Below are positions 27,667 to 36,231 of a stretch of 42,020 nt of DNA, in pieces. The position numbers were made by a program, and so were the translations under genes. Every line of letters begins with the position of its first letter. Positions within the stretch are counted from its first letter, which is position 1. Origin of the DNA: Nanobdellota archaeon (GTDB lineage Archaea; Nanobdellota; Nanobdellia; Parvarchaeales; Parvarchaeaceae); NCBI GenBank assembly GCA_021802105.1, contig JAKAAW010000004.1, positions 1 to 42,020 on the forward strand. Reading direction: 5' to 3'. The notes beneath the pieces were generated by a model that did no database searches, was not told where the DNA came from, and saw only the letters and a program-made list of their open reading frames with translations.

Positions 27667-27826
27667 AAATGTCTTTTTTAGTATTTAAATATTGCATTAC
27701 TATGAGACAGTCTGCAACTGAATCATGCAATGTGGTCCTTATTATTGGAGTCCAGGCGATGATTTTTTGCAATGAATCCTATTTTTTCTGGATTAATCAT
27801 TTTTAACATGGCACTTAGCGATGAGC

Positions 27827-27894
27827 TTGTAGTTTAATTACTAATAAAACTACAAACGAGGTGATTAAACTACAGAAAATGAATCAAACTACAA
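27827..27894. repeat. Four AAACTACA(A) boxes (one inverted, three direct) at about 20-bp period
   Basis: TTGTAGTTT at 27827, AAACTACAA at 27847, AAACTACAG at 27867, AAACTACAA at 27886. Confidence 0.7.
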
Positions 27895-27965
27895 CGCCCT
27901 TAGCGATATAACCTATTAATACTATTAAAATATTTATACGAAGAACCCCTGATAATCAATACATT

Positions 27966-28232
27966 ATGCAGCTTAATAGGTTAGTTATAGACGCGGTAAA
28001 ACCAGTCGGCGAATACAGTATAATAGACCTTGCCACTGATCTATCAAAGCACGTGAAAGGAGGGGCCGTTTCTATAAAGGTTGAAGAGGTAGACATAAGG
28101 ACAGAGGGCCTTAAGGTAACAATAGAAGGCTCGAGAATAAACTTTAACGGCATACAGAAAGCCCTTAAGGACAGAGGAGCCGTTATAAATAGCCTGGACG
28201 AGGCTACTGTCTTATCAAATGGAAAGAGGTAG
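27966..28232 (+). CDS. DUF211 family protein
   Basis: RLVIDAVKP...SIIDLA...EVDIRTEGLKVTIEG...GAVINSLDE. Confidence 0.85.
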   Translation: MQLNRLVIDAVKPVGEYSIIDLATDLSKHVKGGAVSIKVEEVDIRTEGLKVTIEGSRINFNGIQKALKDRGAVINSLDEATVLSNGKR

Positions 28233-28770
28233 AGCAAAATATTTCGTCCTCAGTATAAGCGACGGTCTTTTCCTCGGCCTAGGTCTATCCTTAGGAGTCT
28301 CTTTCTTCAATGAGTATAGTTTTACTTTCACTTCTATACTTCTAGTAGGCATAACCGGTGCCCTATCCAACATGTTCGCGATATATAACGCGGAGAGCTT
28401 CACCTCTGGTATGCAGCTGCTTGAGTACAAGACATTTTTGTTTGCTAGAGATTATGACCCCGTCAAGCTAGCTAGGAGCAAACATAAGAAGAGCCTGAAA
28501 TACGCCACGGAAAGCTTCTTGTCCACAATGCTTGGCAGCATGATAGTTATCGCGCCGTACCTAGTTTTCTATTCGCTCAGCGGTAATGGAGTAAGGCTCG
28601 CGAGCGTCGCTTCTCTGGCAATAAGCCTGGTCGTTCTGGCTATGATAGGTTCATATCATCATAGTGGGCTAAAGTCAAAAATCAAAGGCGCCCTAAAGAC
28701 TACGGGGATAGGTGTTGCAATAGCTGCGCTAAGTGCCCTGGTAGGATTCCTTCTGAGCACGTTTATCTAA
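28219..28770 (+). CDS. VIT1/CCC1-like (TIGR00267-type) membrane protein
   Basis: YFVLSISDGL...YNAE; about five TM helices; paired with DUF211. Confidence 0.75.
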   Translation: MERGRAKYFVLSISDGLFLGLGLSLGVSFFNEYSFTFTSILLVGITGALSNMFAIYNAESFTSGMQLLEYKTFLFARDYDPVKLARSKHKKSLKYATESFLSTMLGSMIVIAPYLVFYSLSGNGVRLASVASLAISLVVLAMIGSYHHSGLKSKIKGALKTTGIGVAIAALSALVGFLLSTFI

Positions 28771-29552
28771 TCTTTCTCTATCAGTCTATTCATCTTATCG
28801 TTGAAGTGCATGCCTGCGTTTATTACTTTGTCAGCATCTTCACCGGTAATCTCAAGTCTCTCCCCATGTAGCAATTTTTTGCCAAGGCTGAATATCTGCG
28901 TGAAAGTCGAAACGTCTTCGGATGTGACCAGATGCATCCTTTCAAGCGACTCAAGCATCCCACTTATCGTCTCTGGAGAAGGCGGAACCTCACCGTGCTT
29001 CATTATAATGGCTTGTGCAGAGTTTATTATCGACCAGTACATGTCGGTAATGGACCCGGCCAGTCTAACCTTTGAGGATTCTGCATAGAGCTGGCTCCTT
29101 GACAGCGCCGCGTATATTGATTCCTCTGTTGGTTTTATCTCCCCTCTCTCAAGAAGCACCTGAAGCGGTTCGAAGTATCCTGTGTCTATCAAAGGCACTC
29201 CATATTTCAAAACGTTTATCGACACAGGGTCAGCTGCTAAAACGCCTTTCCAGAAAGCTGTCAGAGTTACGAAGTTGATGTGAAGCTTTACTGATTTCTC
29301 CTCTTTTAGTAGTTTGTCTACATCGGCGTAGAAAGGAGCCAGTATATTCTCGTCTATCTTATTAAGGACGTCATCCATTATTATCATTATATCCACGTCG
29401 CTCTGCTCCGTTTCTTTGCCTTTGCTGTAAGATCCAAAGAGCGTGATTGTCTTTATCAGCTTTGGATATCTTTCGAACGCATTTTTAGCGAATCTGTACG
29501 CAGCGTCATATCCTTTTAATCTTAATTTTCCTTCCTCATTTTTTTCATCCAT
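28767..29552 (-). CDS. Nucleotidyltransferase-HEPN-like fusion (paralog 2; probable start MDEKNEE at 29552)
   Basis: ITLFGS...SDVDIMIIMDD; MYWSIINSAQAII...GKKLLHGE; aligns by eye with 19683..20804. Confidence 0.82.
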   Translation of the reverse strand: MDEKNEEGKLRLKGYDAAYRFAKNAFERYPKLIKTITLFGSYSKGKETEQSDVDIMIIMDDVLNKIDENILAPFYADVDKLLKEEKSVKLHINFVTLTAFWKGVLAADPVSINVLKYGVPLIDTGYFEPLQVLLERGEIKPTEESIYAALSRSQLYAESSKVRLAGSITDMYWSIINSAQAIIMKHGEVPPSPETISGMLESLERMHLVTSEDVSTFTQIFSLGKKLLHGERLEITGEDADKVINAGMHFNDKMNRLIEKD

Positions 29553-29553
29553 A

Positions 29554-31236
29554 TCAAACCATCGGTGCTCCAGAGAAGTCGCCTCCTCCTTTGTTGTCCA
29601 TATAACCTGCTCCAAAAGTAGGGGCTATCCCGCTGAAACCGCCGTACTGGAACAGGTCGTTTCTAAGACCAAGATTTAGGTAAGATGAGTAGTCACCGAC
29701 TATCGAAGAATAAGGATTTCCGGCGTAAGCCGTCAGGCTGGCGTAAGGGGTTTTATCAAACAATGGAGCGCTCATGTACTGGAACGAAGGTCCCATGCCA
29801 GCGGTTATGCCTCCCACGCCTCCGAAAACTTCCATGATCGCAGGCGCATCGACGCCGGCGTTCTTGAGGGTCTCATATATCTCCTTTATCGGAGCAGTGC
29901 CTTCGCCTAAAGGCAGGTGTGCATCTATATCTCCCATATTATCGTTAAGGTGGTATCTTTTCACGTAGTCTCCGAGCTTCTCCGCCATCTTGACTATATC
30001 TTTGTCCGAATATGGTTTTCCCGTGTCTGGATTAACGTAGGATTTGAATATATTAAGGTGACCGACGTCTAGATTGACACCTATAAGTTTGCGACTGAGG
30101 TCCTCAGCGCCAGATCTCGACAGGCGGAGCGTCTTGTCGTTCATCGCCGCCTCCACGAACAGCTCCCTCGCCTTGTCTATTGTCTCTCTTACATCGGTAG
30201 GATCACTAAGGGACATATCCGGCGTCATTGTGTTCTCAACGAGTATCATCGGTTTTGTCGAGGTTTTGGCGGACATTATTGCCGCGTCCTTTATACCCTC
30301 AGCGGCAAGCACTGGCGCCTCTTCCTCAAAACGTGTGAATCTTTTGTCTATGTTAGCTAGCTGTTTCTCTTTCAAAAATCTCCTGTTCTGTATACCTTGC
30401 TCCTCCTTATCAAGAAGCTCTTTCATCTTGATTAGATTAAGCTCTTTTTGGGTTCCGCGTATGGAATAATCTACAAGCGAGTCTGCTATCTGCTTTTTTT
30501 GGAGTTCTATATTGTGCTGGCTTATGTCAAGACTTGCCAGTTCTTGGCTGTAACCCATTGCTTCCTGATCCTTAAGAAAAGCGAACGTAGCTTTTGGCGA
30601 TAGGGTTATACCTCCTTCCCCTTGGATTATGAATTTTTTCCTCTCTTTTTCATCCTCAAGTTTGTCATAGGCCTTCTTTATCTCGGTATATCTATCCAGA
30701 AATTCCCTCTCAGTCACATTCGGAATTTTGTATGGACCTACAGTGAACGCTTTGTCCTGCTCTTTATCGTACACAGAAAAACGCATATTTGGGTCGGGGC
30801 TTCCAAAGTTATCCGAAGCCGCGTGGAATATTATGGGCATGTTACGCCTGCCCATCGGTTTGCTTACGTCATCAGTGAAATTTATAGCGGCGGCAATCTC
30901 CTTCTTCATCAGGTCCATGTACTCAGCGTTCCTCTCACCTGTTTTTGGATTTATGCCTGAAAAATTTATGGACCAAGGTGCGTGCACGCTTAGGTCGGAG
31001 TCGGTCGTCCTTGCTAGGTTGCCTATCGCCTCCCTTTCCTTCTTAGTTATCCTGGCTGCGGGAGTTCCCTGTCCAGTAAACCCATATAGGCTTGCTAGGT
31101 CAAGCTCAACCATTTGTGCCCCACTTCTCAGTATCTTTGCGAATTCCGCCAGCTGGTTGTTCTCGCCTATCGATACACCAAGTGAAGCCTGTTTAAACGC
31201 ATCATTAAACTTGTTGTCAAGTCTATACTCTGTCAT
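29554..31236 (-). CDS. Endonuclease IV/xylose-isomerase-like TIM barrel with coiled-coil insertion (probable start MTEY)
   Basis: SVHAP, IFHA, LVEN, NLDVGH, YHLNDN...DAHLPLGEG, IME metal-ligand series. Confidence 0.85.
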   Translation of the reverse strand: MTEYRLDNKFNDAFKQASLGVSIGENNQLAEFAKILRSGAQMVELDLASLYGFTGQGTPAARITKKEREAIGNLARTTDSDLSVHAPWSINFSGINPKTGERNAEYMDLMKKEIAAAINFTDDVSKPMGRRNMPIIFHAASDNFGSPDPNMRFSVYDKEQDKAFTVGPYKIPNVTEREFLDRYTEIKKAYDKLEDEKERKKFIIQGEGGITLSPKATFAFLKDQEAMGYSQELASLDISQHNIELQKKQIADSLVDYSIRGTQKELNLIKMKELLDKEEQGIQNRRFLKEKQLANIDKRFTRFEEEAPVLAAEGIKDAAIMSAKTSTKPMILVENTMTPDMSLSDPTDVRETIDKARELFVEAAMNDKTLRLSRSGAEDLSRKLIGVNLDVGHLNIFKSYVNPDTGKPYSDKDIVKMAEKLGDYVKRYHLNDNMGDIDAHLPLGEGTAPIKEIYETLKNAGVDAPAIMEVFGGVGGITAGMGPSFQYMSAPLFDKTPYASLTAYAGNPYSSIVGDYSSYLNLGLRNDLFQYGGFSGIAPTFGAGYMDNKGGGDFSGAPMV

Positions 31237-31282
31237 ATATTCTCTATGATTCAAACAGATATATTAGTTTATCGCACTCTTT

Positions 31283-31702
31283 TTAGGAGCCAAAAAGCCT
31301 ATAATGCTCCTTCATCATGCATCTGTTGAAAACAACAGTCACACCCTCCTTCTCTGCCATCTCTCTTGCGCCGTCGTTTTTTATTCCTTCCTGCATCCAA
31401 ATGACCTTAGGTGGTTTCTTAAGGACATCTTCCACTATGCCAAGAACTTCTTCTGACGGCCTGAATATATCTAAGATATCGAAATCTGTGTCGACATCCT
31501 CTATATTTCTAAACGCTTTCAAGCCAAGAACAGTATCATGGTTCGGATTTATGGGTATTATAGTATATCCTTTTTCCAGCAGATATTTTGGTATCTCGTG
31601 TGCCGCTTTTCCTGGAGTATCCGACACTCCGACTACGCACACTCTCTTATAATCTAAAAGAATTTTTTTGATGTCTCCGTCTGTGTGAGAGTCCTTTTCC
31701 AT
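31283..31702 (-). CDS. CoA-binding protein (YccU-like; probable start MEKDSH)
   Basis: VVGVSD.PGKAA...YL...GY.IIPINP...DIFRP...WMQEG...NRCMMKEH. Confidence 0.92.
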   Translation of the reverse strand: MEKDSHTDGDIKKILLDYKRVCVVGVSDTPGKAAHEIPKYLLEKGYTIIPINPNHDTVLGLKAFRNIEDVDTDFDILDIFRPSEEVLGIVEDVLKKPPKVIWMQEGIKNDGAREMAEKEGVTVVFNRCMMKEHYRLFGS

Positions 31703-31815
31703 TTGAATATTAAGGCATGTCACTAATAATACTTATAGGAAACCGCACACATGACTATAACGGAGATTATCCATGCAGACCAATGTTTAAATAACACGAG
31801 ATGCTTTTTTAGGAT

Positions 31816-32985
31816 ATGAAGATTAAAAACGCGAAAGCTTTCAAGATACTCAACTCAAACTCAAATTTCACCGTACAGGTGAACATAACATCAGACGCTG
31901 GCGTCTTCAAGGGATCTTCTCCGGCAGGGGAGAGCGTAAGCGCGTTCGAAGTCACTCCATTCAAGGAGGGATTAGATCAGGAGATATCAGCTTTCAACGA
32001 TTTTCTTAAAAAAATTGAGAACAGACAGTTATCTGGTCTAGATGATATATACGCGCTAGAAAAAGAGATACCAAAGGAATTCGTAGGCGGTCCATCACTG
32101 TCATTATCTTACGCTATGGTTTACGCATTGAGCCATGAGCTCAACAAAGAACCATACTCTTTGTTCGGCTCAAAGAACACTGTACTTCCCATCTCTAAGA
32201 TGCTTGGAGGAGGTATGCACGCGTCAAATCTTGGGATGGACATACAGGAAATACTTGCCGTAACCCTTGGCGATGATATAAAAGAAAGCGTCGATGGAAC
32301 TCTCAGCGTATACAAGCAGTTAAAAGAGCTCCTTAAAAACAGTACCTATAGCTTCGTCGGCGGCGTAGATCCTGAAGGAGGGTTTGTAACCGGTCTGGAT
32401 AACTACGAATCCCTAAAAATGGTTAAAAAAGCTATAGAGAAGGTGGTCGAGAAAACAGGTAAGGATATACGCTTAGGAATAGATATGGCGGCTTCCACCT
32501 TTTTCAAGGATGGGGTGTATGTGTATAAGAGGCCTATATACGGGAAGAAAGAGGTATCCTCAGGTGAGCAGATAGACCTTATAAAGAAGCTTATAGACGA
32601 GTTCGATTTGTATTTTATAGAAGACCCTGTTGATGAATCCCTTCTTGAGGATTATGGCAAGATACTCTCTTTGACTGACAATCTTGTCGTAGGGGACGAT
32701 GCTACAGCTACTGTCACAGAGAGACTGGAAAAGGCGAAAGGAAAGATAAACGCTGCTTTAATAAAACCAAACCAAGTGGGGCTGCTGTATAAAGTGAAAG
32801 AATTCTCCGACAAAGCCGACAAGATGGGGATAATAAAGGTTGCGTCGCACAGGTCGGAAGAAACCCGTACAACTCTGCTGTCTGACCTGGCAGTAGGTCT
32901 CGGCGCAAAGTATTTAAAAGTAGGAATTAATAGAGGTGAGAGAGTAGACAAGATTAATAGACTGCTCGAGATATGTCAAGTATGA
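31816..32985 (+). CDS. eno: Enolase (divergent)
   Basis: GGGMH...DIQE, EGG, GIDMAAS, IEDP, VGDD, LIKPNQVG, SHRSEET, ER..KINRLLEI; adjacent to rps2. Confidence 0.9.
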   Translation: MKIKNAKAFKILNSNSNFTVQVNITSDAGVFKGSSPAGESVSAFEVTPFKEGLDQEISAFNDFLKKIENRQLSGLDDIYALEKEIPKEFVGGPSLSLSYAMVYALSHELNKEPYSLFGSKNTVLPISKMLGGGMHASNLGMDIQEILAVTLGDDIKESVDGTLSVYKQLKELLKNSTYSFVGGVDPEGGFVTGLDNYESLKMVKKAIEKVVEKTGKDIRLGIDMAASTFFKDGVYVYKRPIYGKKEVSSGEQIDLIKKLIDEFDLYFIEDPVDESLLEDYGKILSLTDNLVVGDDATATVTERLEKAKGKINAALIKPNQVGLLYKVKEFSDKADKMGIIKVASHRSEETRTTLLSDLAVGLGAKYLKVGINRGERVDKINRLLEICQV

Positions 32986-33581
32986 TGTTAAAGAAAACAG
33001 AGAAATTGGAAGCGTACAAGAAGTACGGTACACGCATAGGTACAAAATCCGTTAACGCGGCCATAGACAAGTTTGTATTCAAGAAGATAGCCAACAAGTT
33101 CACCATACTCAACATAAAGCTAATAGACGAGCGTATAAAGCTTGCTTCCAAGATGCTGGGCAAGTACAACAGAAAAGATGTACTTCTTATATGTACCCTT
33201 GACAGCGCTTATTACTCTATATACAACTTCGCGAAGCTAATGAAAATAAGCGTTAACTTCGGCAGGTATTTAGCTGGTTCGCTGACAAATATCAATTACA
33301 AGAATTTCTTCGAGCCGAGAATATTGCTAGTTACAGACCCGAGCGTCAACAGGAGAGCTATAAACGACGCAAAGAGGATAAACATCCCGATAGTTGGGAT
33401 CTGCGACACCGACAACAGCGCGAGTTTTATAGACATCATAATACCGGGAAACAACAAGAGTGGAAATAGTATAGGTCTTATACTATACCTTCTTGCCTAT
33501 GAGATGGGCACAAAAGAGGAGAGGGAGAAACTGGAAAGCGTTACGATAGACGATTTTATTTCCAAAGAATTAGATTTCTAG
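32973..33581 (+). CDS. rps2: 30S ribosomal protein S2
   Basis: GRYLAGSLTN...FFEPRILLVTDP...IPIVGICDTDN...IPGNNKS. Confidence 0.95.
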   Translation: MSSMMLKKTEKLEAYKKYGTRIGTKSVNAAIDKFVFKKIANKFTILNIKLIDERIKLASKMLGKYNRKDVLLICTLDSAYYSIYNFAKLMKISVNFGRYLAGSLTNINYKNFFEPRILLVTDPSVNRRAINDAKRINIPIVGICDTDNSASFIDIIIPGNNKSGNSIGLILYLLAYEMGTKEEREKLESVTIDDFISKELDF

Positions 33582-33585
33582 ATTT

Positions 33586-33954
33586 ATGGATTTTTGTGAC
33601 GTTTATTTGGGCGGCAAGCCCATCGCAAAAGGGGTGAGATACTGCGGCAGCTTCAGGCTGAAGCTTCTAGGTCTTATGTTCGTGAAGAGACCGGGTGCTG
33701 GTGCTTTTCTTCCAGACGTCAGAGACATACACATGAACTTTGTAAACTTTGAGCTTAGGGTAATCTGGTTAGATAACAAGTTCAGGGTTGTTGATGATAA
33801 GATTGCAAAGAGATGGAAATTATATAATGGGCCAAGAGATGCATCGCACGTACTTGAACTCCCCATATCCAATCGAACCAAACTTAAGACCGGCGATACT
33901 CTTAAGATAATAGTATATGAAGAGAATAACAAAACAAAAAAGAAAAGACGCTGA
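33586..33954 (+). CDS. DUF192 family protein
   Basis: GLMF...IHMNFVNFELRVIWLD...VLELP. Confidence 0.85.
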   Translation: MDFCDVYLGGKPIAKGVRYCGSFRLKLLGLMFVKRPGAGAFLPDVRDIHMNFVNFELRVIWLDNKFRVVDDKIAKRWKLYNGPRDASHVLELPISNRTKLKTGDTLKIIVYEENNKTKKKRR

Positions 33955-34867
33955 AAAAAAGCGTGAGATTAAAACGGACGTTTTCAACACTTCTTGCAAG
34001 TCGGTGAAGCTGTTTGACTTTGAGATGATCCTACCAGGAAACTCTGTGGTTAGAGTGGGGGAAAAACTGGATATATTGACAGGCGGATTAAGTCCTAAAA
34101 GTATGAGCGGTGGTATCCTTTCAATCCTAAGGAGTGCTGTGGCTGACTGCGGCGTTTTCGACGGCGTTCTGGTATCTGGAGGCATAGATTCTTCTGTTAT
34201 AGCGGCTATAGCGGAAGAAAAAATAGGGAGTATACGCCTTTTCGTAGCTGGTTTCCCAAGCAGTGATGACGTTGCTTTCTCTGAGATACTCGGCAGTAGT
34301 CTAGGTGTAAAAGTCGACAGTATTATTCTAGACGAAAAGAAGATTGAAAAGATAATAAAAAAGTTAAAGGCTTTTGGCCTCGATACATACAGTGTCATAA
34401 TAGGCATAGTCGAATACGCTGCCATCGAATACGCAGCGTCGCACGGCTGCAGACGTCTCTTGAGCGGAGTAGGAAGCGATGAGCTTTTCCTAGGTTTTAG
34501 CAAACACAGAGAAGAAAAGTCTGTAGCGAAGCTCAAGAAGATGCGCGAGTCAAGGCTGTCTTACATAAACGTTACTGACTTGTACCGCATTAAAACCATA
34601 GCTGATAAGCTAGGTGTGGAAGTCTTATTACCTTATTTAAACGAGAAAGTCGTTAATTTTGCATTGAATATGCATATAAAAAGCACACAGTATATTTATC
34701 GCAAGACGCTTTTGAGGTCAGCTGGAAAACAGCTCGGCCTCGACGAGCGCATTGTGGAAAGAAACAAGAAAGCCATGCAGTACGGCAGCGGTGTTATGAA
34801 ACATCTTGAAAGAATTGCAAGAGAGCATGGCGTAAAAAACGTAGGTGAATACATAAAAAGAATATGA
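33917..34867 (+). CDS. Asparagine synthase-like PP-loop domain protein lacking the glutaminase domain
   Basis: SGGIDSS, SGVGSDELFLGF, PYL, K.LLR, KKAMQYGSG; no N-terminal Cys Ntn domain. Confidence 0.82.
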   Translation: MKRITKQKRKDAEKKREIKTDVFNTSCKSVKLFDFEMILPGNSVVRVGEKLDILTGGLSPKSMSGGILSILRSAVADCGVFDGVLVSGGIDSSVIAAIAEEKIGSIRLFVAGFPSSDDVAFSEILGSSLGVKVDSIILDEKKIEKIIKKLKAFGLDTYSVIIGIVEYAAIEYAASHGCRRLLSGVGSDELFLGFSKHREEKSVAKLKKMRESRLSYINVTDLYRIKTIADKLGVEVLLPYLNEKVVNFALNMHIKSTQYIYRKTLLRSAGKQLGLDERIVERNKKAMQYGSGVMKHLERIAREHGVKNVGEYIKRI

Positions 34868-36195
34868 TAAAAATACAAGCATTTGGAGGATACAGTAAGA
34901 TAGGAAAGAGTATGACGGCTATCGATGTCGACGGCGAGATAATCTTAACGGATATGGGTGCTGATATAGAGAAACTCGTAGATTTTGAGGATGACAAGAG
35001 CATAATATCCGTTCATGATACGCCTGCTCTTATAGATAATGGAGTCATACCAAATGATGTTAAATTCTTCGAGGAAAACGGTAAGAAAGTTAAGGCGATA
35101 GTCCTGACCCACGGTCACCTAGACCACGTTTGGGGGGTGCCTTTCTTGGCGGCAAAGTACAAGTGCCCCGTGATAGCTACGCCATTCACGATAAAGGTTC
35201 TGGACAACCTTATGAAGAACTTTAGACAGAAAGGAATCAACACGGTCAGACTGAATACAGGCACGGAGTATAAGCTTTCAGAAAGCATAAGCGTAGAGCT
35301 TGTCAACATAACGCACTCGATACCGAACTCTGCGATGACAGTGATACATACAAAGTACGGCGCGATTGTTTATGCAAATGACTGGAAACTAGATGACACG
35401 CCCACTCTGGGACAAAAGCCGAACTACGCGAGGATGCAGGAGCTTGGAGACAAAGGGGTGCACACCCTTATCTTGGATTCGACCAACGTAGATCATGATG
35501 GATACACGTTCTCAGAGAGCGTCGTGAGAACGATGCTGGAAGACGTCATAAAGAAATCACTTAGCAACAAGACGATTTTTATAACCACCTTCTCATCCCA
35601 TATAGCTAGGATAAAGAACATAGTAGAGATAAGTAGGAAGTCGGACAGGCAGGTCCTGATATTTGGAAGGAGCATGGCGATGTATATCGGTGCGGCTATT
35701 GAAGCTAATATAATAGAGAAATCAAAATTGCCTGAAGTCATAACTGGTCGGACAAAAATAAATGATATACTTAGGTACGTCAGAGGTAAGCCGGGGAAGT
35801 ACGTGATATTATGTACAGGGCATCAAGGGGAGAAAGGCGCTTTTCTTGACAAGCTCGCTACGGGACAGTACGAATATAGGCTCGGAAGCGACGATGCAGT
35901 AATTTTTTCGTCAAGAGTAATCCCTACCACCCTTAATATAGCGAACAGAAGCATCCTTCAAACTGCTCTTGAAAAGTTAAATGTAAACATAGCCGACAAC
36001 GTGCACGTATCTGGACACGGTTCCAAGAACGATTATAAGCTAATGATAAAGATGTTAAGGCCTAAGCACCTTATACCATCACACGGTGGCATGGACAAGA
36101 TAAGCGTTGCCATAGATGTTGCAAGGGATTTGGGGTACGAACTCAACAAGACATCGCACATCCTGCTAGACGGTCAGGAACTGTCGCTAGAGTGA
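34864..36195 (+). CDS. rnj: Ribonuclease J (beta-CASP)
   Basis: GGYSKIGKSMT, THGHLDH, THSIP, DWKLD, DSTN, TFSSHIAR, HVSGH, PSHG. Confidence 0.93.
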   Translation: MIKIQAFGGYSKIGKSMTAIDVDGEIILTDMGADIEKLVDFEDDKSIISVHDTPALIDNGVIPNDVKFFEENGKKVKAIVLTHGHLDHVWGVPFLAAKYKCPVIATPFTIKVLDNLMKNFRQKGINTVRLNTGTEYKLSESISVELVNITHSIPNSAMTVIHTKYGAIVYANDWKLDDTPTLGQKPNYARMQELGDKGVHTLILDSTNVDHDGYTFSESVVRTMLEDVIKKSLSNKTIFITTFSSHIARIKNIVEISRKSDRQVLIFGRSMAMYIGAAIEANIIEKSKLPEVITGRTKINDILRYVRGKPGKYVILCTGHQGEKGAFLDKLATGQYEYRLGSDDAVIFSSRVIPTTLNIANRSILQTALEKLNVNIADNVHVSGHGSKNDYKLMIKMLRPKHLIPSHGGMDKISVAIDVARDLGYELNKTSHILLDGQELSLE

Positions 36196-36231
36196 ATTGC
36201 GGAAATATTTAATATAGGAGGAACCTACTCT

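Noticed and set aside
27827-27894. CRISPR or replication-origin interpretation of the repeats
   Set aside because: Units of 8-9 bp with about 11-bp spacers are too short for CRISPR; no cas or cdc6 gene nearby and no ORB G-string.
27858-27911. SD-like GAGGTGA with a tiny ORF MNQTTTPLAI
   Set aside because: SD-ATG spacing is long (14 nt) and the ORF lies within the repeat array; no support for translation.
29553-29615. N-terminal extension of the NT-HEPN ORF given in the track
   Set aside because: Overlaps the TIM-barrel gene end; ATG at 29552 abuts its stop and fits better.
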